A stretch of DNA of 64,000 nucleotides. Source: Squalus acanthias (lineage: Eukaryota). The position numbers and the translations under genes are program-made. The stretch is taken from positions 89,468,001 through 89,532,000 of the forward strand of contig CM059432.1 of the NCBI GenBank assembly GCA_030390025.1, in the 5' to 3' direction. Of the stretch, positions 22,101 to 30,752 are shown in pieces (position 1 is the first letter of the stretch; the number at the start of each line of letters is the position of its first letter). The notes beneath the pieces were generated by a model. The model ran no database searches. It was not told where the DNA came from and saw nothing but the letters and a program-made list of their open reading frames with translations.

Positions 22101-23639
22101 TTCCCTTGTCGAACAGCTACGGCACTGGGTACAGCAAAAATCTTGGTCCGGGAAGTGTTCTCGCGGTGGGGACTCCCCCGTTTTGTGGAGTCAGACCAAG
22201 GGAGTCATTTCACCGGCCAGGTGATGCAGAACACCCTCATGCTTTTGGGCATTGAAGGGAAGTGGCACGTAGCACACAATCCCCAGTCATCCGGGATTGT
22301 TGAACGTATGAACCGGACCCTGAAGGAGAAATTGAGGAAAGAGACTAGGAACTCGCCCCAAAAATGGGCGGAAGTTCTGCCTTTAGTCCTCATGGGGGTC
22401 CGGGCCAGTCAGTCAAAAAGTACGGGGTACTCCCCGCACGAGGTAATGACTGGCAGGCTCATGCGAACCCCCACCCATGTGCTAGCCCCGGTGCTCACTG
22501 AGGGTCAGCTCCAGGAGATAAGCAGGGACAAGTTCGCCCAGACTCTCTTGGAGTGCCTGAAGCAGGTTTATGAGCAGGCGGCTGGGAACATGGGAAGGCA
22601 GCATCAGGGCAATCGCTTGTTGCTGGAACCCCGCAAAACACGGGAGTGGGAAGTGGGAGACCAGGTCATGGTCAGAAACTACGCCAGAGTAGGGAGTCTG
22701 GAACCACTGTATATGGGACCCTACAACATTGTAGACAAGGCGAGTCCCATGGTTTACGCCGTAAAAGTACCTCGGCGCACTAAGTGGTTCCACATAAACC
22801 AATGCAAACTGTACCAGCCAGGTGTGCAGGGGAAAACTACAGGGGTAAATCCCGCCAATGGGAAAGCACAGCCCCAGGTAGGACCACAAGGCACACAGGC
22901 AGGCATAGCAGCTTGCATCAGGGGAAGGGACATCCCGGACGATCATGCAGCGTTTTTCTGGAATTGGGGGTTAGATGAGGAAGAATTCAGGGTACCCGGG
23001 TCAGATGAGGATAGTGCAGATGAGGATAGTGATGACGACGGGTGGTTTCGGAGGAACGGTCCCTTTTACGATATGGAGGGGACGGGGGCTGCAGGTAGAG
23101 ATCCACACAGGGTGGACACACGAGCTGCAGGTCCCGAAGACAGGAGGGAGGAGCTAGAGGAGGCGGGGCCAGCCGCGATGGGAGCACAGAGAGTACCGGT
23201 GTGGCTCCCAGAGATGTGGCCGCCCGCTTTGAACGTCCAGTCCTCAGGGGAGGCAGAGATCACGAGTGAAGGGCCGCCTGCTGGGCCGAGCAGGGCGGAG
23301 CCACGAACTGCCAGCCCCGAGGTTAGGGAGGCGGAGTCAGCGGAGGCGGAGCCAGCGACTGTGATGGAACCCCAGGTCATCCCGATGGAAGTCTCGGAAC
23401 CCGGTCCGTCCGTCACGGAAACCCCGCCCATAGCAACTCCCCGTAGGTCAAGTAGAGAACCCCAGCCCAGGAGGATGTGGTCATGTCCCCAGACTGCCCC
23501 AAGGCGAAAATTTAAGGTTAAGATAACCCAGATACAGACCGGTCACATCGCAGCAGTAACAGGCTGCGGCAGATCAGAGGGAAGGGTCAGTGCCCTCCCA
23601 CCGTCGGGAAGAGCTCGCAGCAGCCTTCTCAGAATTTAA
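19146..23639 (+). CDS. pol: Pol (protease-RT-tether-RNase H-integrase plus C-terminal extension), in frame with gag after one TGA
   Basis: LLDTGAS (D at 19251); LPQGF and YVDD (20211); degenerate RNase H; second RNase H YVDGSS/QQAEL/SDS/NRQAD; HHCC zinc finger; IDYIGP...SDQG...IVERMNRTLK; GPY. Frame is open from 19146. Confidence 0.95.
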   Translation, partial: LEPAQPVYLCPLSYDAWRRPVVEMEVEKQKGSYLLDTGASCTIIHTDNPFDSPLSTKVPFTLAGFTGKEQAGTFSLPLSIRLGTLRLKWKCILMAWQKGGGRGILGSDLLAGHGILVDLRNHCLWGAKGEKGEVIVIPGEEETGVLCTVQPSGGYDLRLMVADVPTDMQTYVSDNMHAFATHKHDCGRVVGFEVSVDGDPMTRPQKQYNFPKEAEPDMETAMSSLVQQGMLRPIATHVNSPLWPVRKPDNSWRATVDYRVLNSNIPACAPTVAAVADLIGSIPASATTFTVLDISNGFWSIPLRREDQYKFAFTFKGQQYTWNCLPQGFHNSPSIFHQCMAGSLKEFSQPNQIVQYVDDLLLFTDSREEHGPLLDELLELLARKGFKINPKKARIGQREVKFLGLTIRAGERAIDKARRESVQELPIPNNVRGVRSFLGLTGYCRDFIEDYAATAAPLLRLLHKGVEWLWDEGCQAAFEKLKRDLQTVPALGAIDGGKEFFLEVAASGDSLSAVLLQERHGKLRPVVYSSRVLTDVERSFSNCERHLLATHWAVKRSAIFTGLSPITLLTHHTPTKMLLDGRIKDGTVSSARIARWTLLLSQLDLRVKGLCEPRLAANLVYPGTAHRSVEGVWDVNIGLRAGIHPTGREIYVDGSSTVSAGERLTGCGVYDPAADLALAIKLPSTMSAQQAELSAVVYVVTHPDIFPTPYTICSDSMFTCNSCTEYLAIWSRRGYTSADGRPLTVKPLLEKILAAAVGEEGEIFIHKVKAHSSTEPRGEGNRQADALAREGARDGTFWNPYRTGPIAAVRGGDGNPGNPRVALPLDLKTVQAQDPALKAVLKTIAEGRQVEGPYSTATLSVKEGMLFREEQWVVPQQHRREFLQLAHEGPGAGHPGPEVTWQRVEQAGWWPGLREQVREFCANCLVCAANNPDPQKRKVPMGHVRRVEGPWQSIQIDYIGPLPTTQGGYKYCLVLVDVFSKWVEAFPCRTATALGTAKILVREVFSRWGLPRFVESDQGSHFTGQVMQNTLMLLGIEGKWHVAHNPQSSGIVERMNRTLKEKLRKETRNSPQKWAEVLPLVLMGVRASQSKSTGYSPHEVMTGRLMRTPTHVLAPVLTEGQLQEISRDKFAQTLLECLKQVYEQAAGNMGRQHQGNRLLLEPRKTREWEVGDQVMVRNYARVGSLEPLYMGPYNIVDKASPMVYAVKVPRRTKWFHINQCKLYQPGVQGKTTGVNPANGKAQPQVGPQGTQAGIAACIRGRDIPDDHAAFFWNWGLDEEEFRVPGSDEDSADEDSDDDGWFRRNGPFYDMEGTGAAGRDPHRVDTRAAGPEDRREELEEAGPAAMGAQRVPVWLPEMWPPALNVQSSGEAEITSEGPPAGPSRAEPRTASPEVREAESAEAEPATVMEPQVIPMEVSEPGPSVTETPPIATPRRSSREPQPRRMWSCPQTAPRRKFKVKITQIQTGHIAAVTGCGRSEGRVSALPPSGRARSSLLRI

Positions 23640-23669
23640 AGGGGCCGCCCTGAGAACGGGCGGCACTGT

Positions 23670-23765
23670 AAAGTTATAGTTCTAAGTTTTAAGTTTATAG
23701 TTCAAGGTTAAGTTTTAAGTTTATAGTTCAAGGTTAAGTTTTATGTTTTATTAAGGTTAAGTTTG
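23670..23765. repeat. Imperfect ~26-bp AT-rich tandem repeat between pol and env
   Basis: GTTTTAAGTTTATAGTTCAAGGTTAA twice plus degenerate copies. Confidence 0.8.
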
Positions 23766-23950
23766 TAGTGTTTTTAACAGAAAACGATAAAATGATGGGA
23801 GTTTTAAAGATAGGTTTAGTTGAAGTTTATTCAGCGAACGTTGAAGTTTACGTGAGGCGAGGTCAGGGGACCCGCTCACCCTTCACAAAAGCCAGAGACT
23901 CTTGCGAGGCTGGCTACCTCATTCTATCTGATCACAGGAACCAAGGAAGG

Positions 23951-26302
23951 ATGGAACGAATTCTAGTATTGCTCGCGGCAATCGGATGTGGATTGGCCTA
24001 TCGAGGCCGCACCAAGGATGTCGTGGTGTTTGGATGTTCCGGGGACACGGCCCCCATCGCGGTGGATGGGACCGGAAGACGGGAGGCAGAGGAGACCAGC
24101 ACCTATTTCCACAAGGGAAGGTGGCCAGGATGGCTGGGAACGAACTCAACGGAGTATTCCAGCACATCGGGGTTTGCCTACCAAGAGACTTCTTTACTGT
24201 GCCCCAAAGTAAGGATCATCGCACCCAGGATCAGCGTCACCGTCGGCAAACGGATTTGTTTGACTTGTAGTGGGAAGGTCCCATTGAGCCGATGGTGGTG
24301 GCTGCGAAAGCTGAGCAAAACTATGAGGAACTCTTCGGTCGAGTGGGAACGACTGGGTAATAATACCCATCGGACAATTACGGGGACAGACGGACAAGTG
24401 AAAGTCTGTTGGGACAAATGGTGGGAACCGGATGAGGGAATTTATGTATGTATGTGGGGGTCAAAGTACGTTTGCCCCAAAGGCATCTCCATATTTTTTA
24501 TTAATCAATGGCAGGATAACGGACAGGGGATGAGGTGGGATGCGAGCACCAGGGGGTGCGGAGCCCCATTCTCCCCGATCCCAGTAAATGCCACTGAGCT
24601 CATTACGCGCCCACGCAAAGCCCCGCCCACGATTCCGGTGGTTCTAGCTGAGGAAGAAGGGTGCCCTAAAACTAGTAAGGGACCCGGGAATGGTTTGGTA
24701 CTGGTCCCCACAGACCAGATACTATTTCAGGGGGTACATTACGCGGTGGCCTCGGAGATTTTAAATCTCACTGAGGTGCGGTTACCAGAGTGGTGCCCCA
24801 AAAAGATGGAACAGTTGTACCAGGTCCTGTTGACCAAGATGTTCAGACAATTTTACGAATTCGATTTCGCGGAAATTGATAAAACAAGTTTGTACACCGC
24901 ACCACAGGAAGTTTTGGATCAAGTAGGGAGGCAAAGAAGGGGTTTGGTGAACGATGCGTTCACTGCTTTTAACACAGGTACATCTGTGGTCAACGCTCTA
25001 GACAGTGTGGAGCTGCAGACCCAGATTAATGGTTTAAAGACACAATTAAAGGACATTCTAACAGATGAGAATAAAGTGGTAGGGTCGGGTCTACACGAGG
25101 ACCAAGCCATGACCCTCCATTTAAAGGAAATTATAGCAGAGTTGGAGAAACATGCAAAGACGGTAAATGCCCTGATTAGGGAAGATCGGAATGCATCCGA
25201 TCAAGCTGCGCAGAACGAGGTGTGCGTGCTTTACGGGGCGTGGTTACTGGGCGAGGGCCGCAGTAATTTGGAAGATTTAAAACAAGGTTTGGTTCCGTCC
25301 TGGATAAGTAACAAACACCTGCGGGCGCTCCACCCTTTTCAGAACGCATTAAGCCCGTGCCAGCTCAGGCTAGCTTCAGAAGCATACCCAGTCCCCGTGG
25401 ACTGTGGACGATCAAACCATACCATCATGGGTATAGTTTTACGTATGCCGGTTTTGGGCGACACAGCAAAGCCCGCCCCGGTATATCGGGTAGAGAACAT
25501 TGGTGTCATTCAGGGGGGAGCCCACATTCGTTATGCAGCGGTTCCACCTTATGTCATCCGCTGGGAGCAAACGATGACAGGTACAGATCTCTCTGGTTGT
25601 CGTGGCAGGGGAGCACACATAATACTGTGCCCCCAGCACTTGAATGCCTTTTTAACACCACAGTGCGGGTTCAGAACGACTGGCGCCAAGTCCATGAATT
25701 GCACCATGGAGGCAATGGCACAAGATCATGTGCCTCCGCAGGTAGCATACATCGGGGGTGGAACATATTGTGTTACCACTGCAGCGCAACACTACCAGCA
25801 TGGAAACCGTAGCCGGTGTCCGGTGAGTGACAGCAGTTTCTGTTTTAAACCCAGGGCGGAAGTTCAAGTAGCACAACAGCGAATTATCCCAATCCCTGAA
25901 CCATCCACTGTTCATCTCACAGTAAAAGAGAATTTCACCGACTTGCAGCGATTCGTCGCGCATTTTGGATACCTCATTCCCCCTCTCCCTGAACACCTCA
26001 CCAAGCTTTTGAAAGCCGTCGCGGTGTCACAGAAACATTTTTATACATTAGAGCAGAAAACTGTCGAAATAGGAACAGACATTCTGGATATAGTAGTTCC
26101 ACCGTGGTGGAATCTATTCACCAATATTGAAGTACCTTCATGGATCAGAATAGCCTCCCACATTTTAGTCGTATGCCAAGTTTTCATTGTAGTGTACCTA
26201 TTGGTTGTACATTGTAAAAGAGACAAACGCCTCACCAAGCATGAAAACACGGGAGAGTGGCGAGAACGTTACGTGCGCGTGCACGATGAGAGCACCGTGT
26301 AA
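23951..26302 (+). CDS. env: Env glycoprotein (~783 aa): signal peptide, Ig-like domain, F-type class I fusion protein
   Basis: AGGATGG start; MERILVLLAAIGCGLA signal; furin site RQRR (24929-24940) followed by GLVNDAFTAFNTGTSVVNAL; heptad repeats; Cys-rich region; TM ILVVCQVFIVVYLLVV; short tail. The ORF is open from 23768. Confidence 0.88.
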   Translation: MERILVLLAAIGCGLAYRGRTKDVVVFGCSGDTAPIAVDGTGRREAEETSTYFHKGRWPGWLGTNSTEYSSTSGFAYQETSLLCPKVRIIAPRISVTVGKRICLTCSGKVPLSRWWWLRKLSKTMRNSSVEWERLGNNTHRTITGTDGQVKVCWDKWWEPDEGIYVCMWGSKYVCPKGISIFFINQWQDNGQGMRWDASTRGCGAPFSPIPVNATELITRPRKAPPTIPVVLAEEEGCPKTSKGPGNGLVLVPTDQILFQGVHYAVASEILNLTEVRLPEWCPKKMEQLYQVLLTKMFRQFYEFDFAEIDKTSLYTAPQEVLDQVGRQRRGLVNDAFTAFNTGTSVVNALDSVELQTQINGLKTQLKDILTDENKVVGSGLHEDQAMTLHLKEIIAELEKHAKTVNALIREDRNASDQAAQNEVCVLYGAWLLGEGRSNLEDLKQGLVPSWISNKHLRALHPFQNALSPCQLRLASEAYPVPVDCGRSNHTIMGIVLRMPVLGDTAKPAPVYRVENIGVIQGGAHIRYAAVPPYVIRWEQTMTGTDLSGCRGRGAHIILCPQHLNAFLTPQCGFRTTGAKSMNCTMEAMAQDHVPPQVAYIGGGTYCVTTAAQHYQHGNRSRCPVSDSSFCFKPRAEVQVAQQRIIPIPEPSTVHLTVKENFTDLQRFVAHFGYLIPPLPEHLTKLLKAVAVSQKHFYTLEQKTVEIGTDILDIVVPPWWNLFTNIEVPSWIRIASHILVVCQVFIVVYLLVVHCKRDKRLTKHENTGEWRERYVRVHDESTV

Positions 26303-26584
26303 TCGGAAAATGGCGTCACTCCCGCTCGCCACGTGCGCCGCGGAAGCCTGTACTCATATAAGATTTTCAGAGATTGTAAATACGTTGGGAACTCGACATG
26401 TTTTAAGAGTTGGTGTTGATTATTTTGGTGATGGTGTTACAGTTAAAAATGATTGTTTGGTTTTGGGTTCTGTTTCTCCTTTCCCTGAATAAAAGATGAA
26501 TATACAGGTGATACGAGAGGCATCGGCCTGGTTACGCCGGGAAGGAAAACAAGTGGTGTAAGTTTAAGGGCAAATAATGCCTAC

Positions 26585-26995
26585 GGTTTAAGGATTAAGG
26601 ATATTTGTAATGTGTGCCCCTATTTATTTTGTGCCGTTCGTTCCTCGTTTCCCTAAGATCGACTATATAACTGTTTGTAAGATTGTACTGTCATTAATCT
26701 GTGCTTATGACATGTATTTCATAATTTTAAGTATCATGCAATAAAGATTTTCCATTTCGTACCATTCAAACCAAGTCTACATGAGTTTTATCTCCATTAC
26801 TGCTCTCGCATCTAAGTCCAGTGTCTAGAACCGTAAGGGAGAGTGATTCGAACCACTCACAGGTGTGTCTAGTGTTCCCAGACTGGCTGGAGACCAGAAC
26901 AGGCAACAAGGCCTAGACCCGCACTGACATACAGGCTGCACAGAGCCGCGTGAATCTCACAGGCTGCGAGACACGCAGGGTCAGAATCCCTTACA
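26585..26995 (+). repeat. Truncated 3' LTR (last 411 bp only)
   Basis: Matches 16919-17329 base for base by eye; no copy of 15600-16918 upstream of it. Confidence 0.9.
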
Positions 26996-27109
26996 CACAG
27001 CAACTGCTTGGCTTTATGTAGCATAATCAAGATAGGCACCAATCCCTGATTATAGGAGTGCATGTTCCAGCAGCTCTTTGTTTCAAACCTTACAGTTTCC
27101 TTCTCAGTT

Positions 27110-27250
27110 AAATCAAGGATATGGGGATAGTGCAGGAAAGTGGAGATGAGGTAGAAGATCAGCCATGATCTTATTGAATGGCAGAGCAGGCTCGAAGGGC
27201 CAATTGGCCTGCTCCTGCTCCTATTTCTTATGTTCTTATGTTCTTACGTG
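27110..27250 (+). mobile_element. CR1 3' UTR/tail
   Basis: GGCTCGAAGGGCC...CCTGCTCCTATTTCTTATGTTCTTATG tail. Confidence 0.75.
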
Positions 27251-27351
27251 ATACATCAAGAACCAGATCATGTTTCATTCCTTCTCAGAGTGTTCCACAA
27301 GAACTATGCCGAAGCTAATGCTGGCATCCACTAGAAACCCAAGTACCAATA

Positions 27352-27731
27352 TAGAATCATAGAATCATAGAAATTTACAGCACAGAAGGGGGCCATTCAG
27401 CCCATCGTGTCGGCGCCGGTCGAAAAAGAGCTATCCAGCTTAATCCCACTTTCCAGCTCTTGGTCCGTAGCCTTGTAGGTTACGGCACTTCAAGTGCATA
27501 TCCAAGTACTTTTTAAATGCGATGAGGGTTTCTGCCTCTACCACCCTTTCAGGCAGTGAGTTCCAGACCACCACCACCCTCTGGGTGAAAAAAGTTCTCC
27601 TCAACTCCCCTCTAATCCTTCTAGCAATTACTTTAAATCTATGCCTCCTTGTTATTGACCTCTCTGCTAAGGGAAATAGGTCCTTCCTATCCACTCTATC
27701 TAGGCCCCTCATAATTTTATACACCTCAATT
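27352..27731 (-). mobile_element. CR1 LINE 3' fragment
   Basis: ORF 27440-27724 YKIMRGLDRV...FFTQRVVVVWNSLP; (ATAGAATC)n tail. Confidence 0.9.
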
Positions 27732-29258
27732 ATCTGACATGCACTGGTTGAGGGTGGAGCCCTGCTGGCAGTATGGGACCTCTTATGAAATGGTATATTT
27801 GGGGGGGGGGGGGGGCACGGGGAAGATACCTTTACTGCATTTTAAACCTGTTCAGACTAGTTCTAAATTCCATCAGTGACAGAAGAGATGATAAAGTCAT
27901 AGTGAATGATCGCATCAACTCACAAGCTGATTAAATCTCCCAGCTAAATTGGTGAATTTTAATACTGTGTGGAAAGATTTCTGCCCATGTAACCATGAGC
28001 CAGATAATTCACATGGCCAGAAATCACATGGCCAAAATTCAATTTCCCACCAGGTGGAGAGCTGGTGGGAATTTTACTGATGCACGGAACTATGTACTGA
28101 AAAAGAGACTTTTACAGAAAATAAAAATCACTTTCATTTGGTAGTATATTTCCTATAACAAGTGAAGAACCAGTGAAAGACAAACCTGCCAAAATTGTAA
28201 CAGATTTGTAGTATCCATGGGTTTTTGATAAGGTAACATATAGGAACAAAAAGTGAATCTCCAAACAATCTGTACCTTCTTTTGACTGTTTGCGCCTCCG
28301 AGAATATTTCACTGGCAGGATGTGGAAGAGCTAAGCGTTTTTTTCTTCTTTAATCCCTGCTCAGTTTCCTTCTGCTTTGAATTACTGTGTTCATCTCAGC
28401 CTGTAGTACTCTGTCCAGAGGGGAAACAAAACTCTCTTGGTTTCATTGAACCAGACTCATTCAAGTACTCTGATGTCCTGCTGTACTGCAGGTAAAAGCA
28501 AACTTTGGCAAATATAGATCCCAATCCTTACAATTTTCATTCAGATAGGCTGTGTTAATCCTGCTATTTCTATTTACCATTTTGGTAGGATTTTATTGAT
28601 GATGATAGACTGTTGTACATTTGGATTCTTACTCCCTGGATCCTACAAAATGTTCCTCGAGGTAATCTGGAGACGGTTTCCTTTCCAATGAAAATTTCAG
28701 ACAGCCTCACAGAAAAAAAATCTCTATCTTTGAACTTCTTAACCATTACCTTTGTGGCAGCTTTCTCAAAGGAAATAACAAACCTCCCACCAGCAAATCC
28801 ATTGTAACATTGCTTGCTGAAAGAGAGAGGTTTCACAAGTGTACAATCAGTGTGTGCCAAGATTCTGCCACATATAAGAACGTAAGAAATAGGAGCAGGA
28901 GTAGGCCATACGGCCCCTCGAGCCTGCTCCGCCATTCAATAAGATCATGGCTGATCAGCGACCTCAACTCCACTTTCCTGCCCAATCTCCATATCCCTTG
29001 ATTCCCCTAGAGTCCAAAAATCTATCTCAGCCTTGAATAAACGTAATGACTCAGCATCCACAGCCCTCTGGGGCAGAGAAGTCCAAAGATTCACAACCCT
29101 CTGAGTGAAGAAATTCCTCTTCATCTCAGTCTTAAATGGCTGACCCCTTAGTTCTAGACACTCCAACCAGGGGAAACAACCTCTCAGCATCTACCCTGTC
29201 AATCCCCTTCAGAATCTTGTATGTTTCAATGAGATCACCTCTCATTCTTCTAAACTCG

Positions 29259-30398
29259 TTCGAGCAAGACTTCTTCGCTGCACAGGACCTTCAGCCAACG
29301 CTGTACACCAGATACATCGACGACATTTTCTTCCTTTGGACCCACGGCGAAGGATCACTGAAAAGACTACACGATAACATCAACAAGTTCCATCCCACCA
29401 TCAAACTCACCATGGACTACTCCTCAGAATCGGTTTCATTCCTGGACACACGAATCTCCATCAAAGACGGACACCTCAGCACTTTACTCTACCGCAAGCC
29501 CACGGACAACCTCACGATGCTCCACTTCTCCAGCTTCCACCCTAACCACGTTAAAGAAGCCATCCCCTATGGACAAGCCCTGCGAATACACAGGATCTGC
29601 TCAGACGAGGAGGAACGCGATGGACACCTACGGACGCTGAAAAACGCCCTCGTAAGAACGGGATATGACGCTCGACTCATCGATCGACAGTTCCAACGGG
29701 CCACAGCGAAAAATCGCATAGACCTCCTCAGAAGGCAAACACGGGACACAACCAACAGGGTACCCTACGTCGTCCAGTACTTCCCCGGAGCGGAGAAACT
29801 ACGCCATGTTCTTTGCAGCCTTCAACATGTCATCGATGACGACGAATACCTCGCTAAGGCCATCCCCACGCCTCCACTACTTGCCTTCAAACAGCCGCCT
29901 AACCTCAGAAGTACCATCGTTCGCAGCAAATTACCCAGCTTTCAGGATAACAGCGACCACGACACCACACAACCCTGCCACGGCAACCTCTGCAAGACAT
30001 GCCAGATCATCAACACAGATACCATCATCACACGTGAGGACACTACTCACCAGGTACATGGTACATACTCATGTGACTCGGCCAACGTTGTCTACCTGAT
30101 ACGTTGCAGGAAAGAATGCACCGCAGCATGGTACATCGGCGAGACCATGCAGACACTGAGACAACGTATGAACGGACACCGTGCAACAATCGCCAGGCAG
30201 GATTGTTACCTCCCAGTCGGGGAACACTTCAGCAGTCAAGGACACTCAGCCTCGGATCTGCGGGTAAGCGTTCTCCAAGGCAGCCTTAGAGACACACGAC
30301 AACGCAAACTCATCGAGCAGAAACTGATAGCCAAGTTCCGCACTCATGAGGACGGCCTCAACCGGGATCTTGGGTTCATGTCACGATACATGACGTAG
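29259..30398 (+). pseudogene. Penelope RT C-terminal half plus GIY-YIG endonuclease (open but 5'-truncated)
   Basis: RYIDDIFF, FLD, YRKPT, CxxxxCxxC, NVVYLIRC...WYIGETMQTLRQRMNGHR, GLN. Confidence 0.9.
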
Positions 30399-30714
30399 AG
30401 TCATCCAGACTCGAGTCGTCGTTGGCTTGTTCAGATGTGATTTCCAGTAAAAATAAGTAAAAATTTTTAAAGTTTATCGTTTTACATACCGACTGCAGCT
30501 TTTGACACATTAGACCCCCTGTAACCCCACCTCATTGTCTCAGTTGTATCTTGCTATGTCTTTGATGTGGTGCCTTCCTGGCTGACTTGATTGTTTATCT
30601 GCCGAGGTGTGACAAAAGGCAGTCAGGAGGATTAAATGTAGTCGTCTGCCATTGTACGCTACACATGCATTATTCTCTATCTATATATGCTTTGTCGATT
30701 TGTATTCCTTTACT

Positions 30715-30752
30715 TCACCTGACGAAGGAGCAGCCGCTCCGAAAGCTTGTGA
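30715..30752 (+). ncRNA. Minimal type I hammerhead ribozyme motif
   Basis: TCAC-CTGACGA-A-GGAGC(AGCC)GCTCC-GAAA-GCTT-GTGA. Confidence 0.8.

Larger units (their letters stand above)
15600..26995 (+). mobile_element. Endogenous retrovirus-like LTR element with intact gag-pol-env (probable lokiretrovirus-like lineage)
   Basis: TGTA...TACA termini, CACA TSD (15596-15599, 26996-26999), PBS, three long uninterrupted ORFs, 411-bp repeat at both ends that is identical by eye. Confidence 0.92.

Noticed and set aside
23768..23950. 61-codon N-terminal extension of the env ORF (foamy-like leader peptide?)
   Set aside because: GTG start in AT-rich repeat-adjacent sequence; the ATG at 23951 has strong context and a classic signal peptide. 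In-frame ATGs at ~23792 remain possible.
19607..25996. Antisense and overlapping short ORFs inside pol and env
   Set aside because: All under ~155 aa with no motifs; expected shadows of GC-rich coding sequence.
29136..29258. N-terminus of the 420-aa ORF
   Set aside because: Antisense CR1 sequence fused by chance to the truncated Penelope frame.
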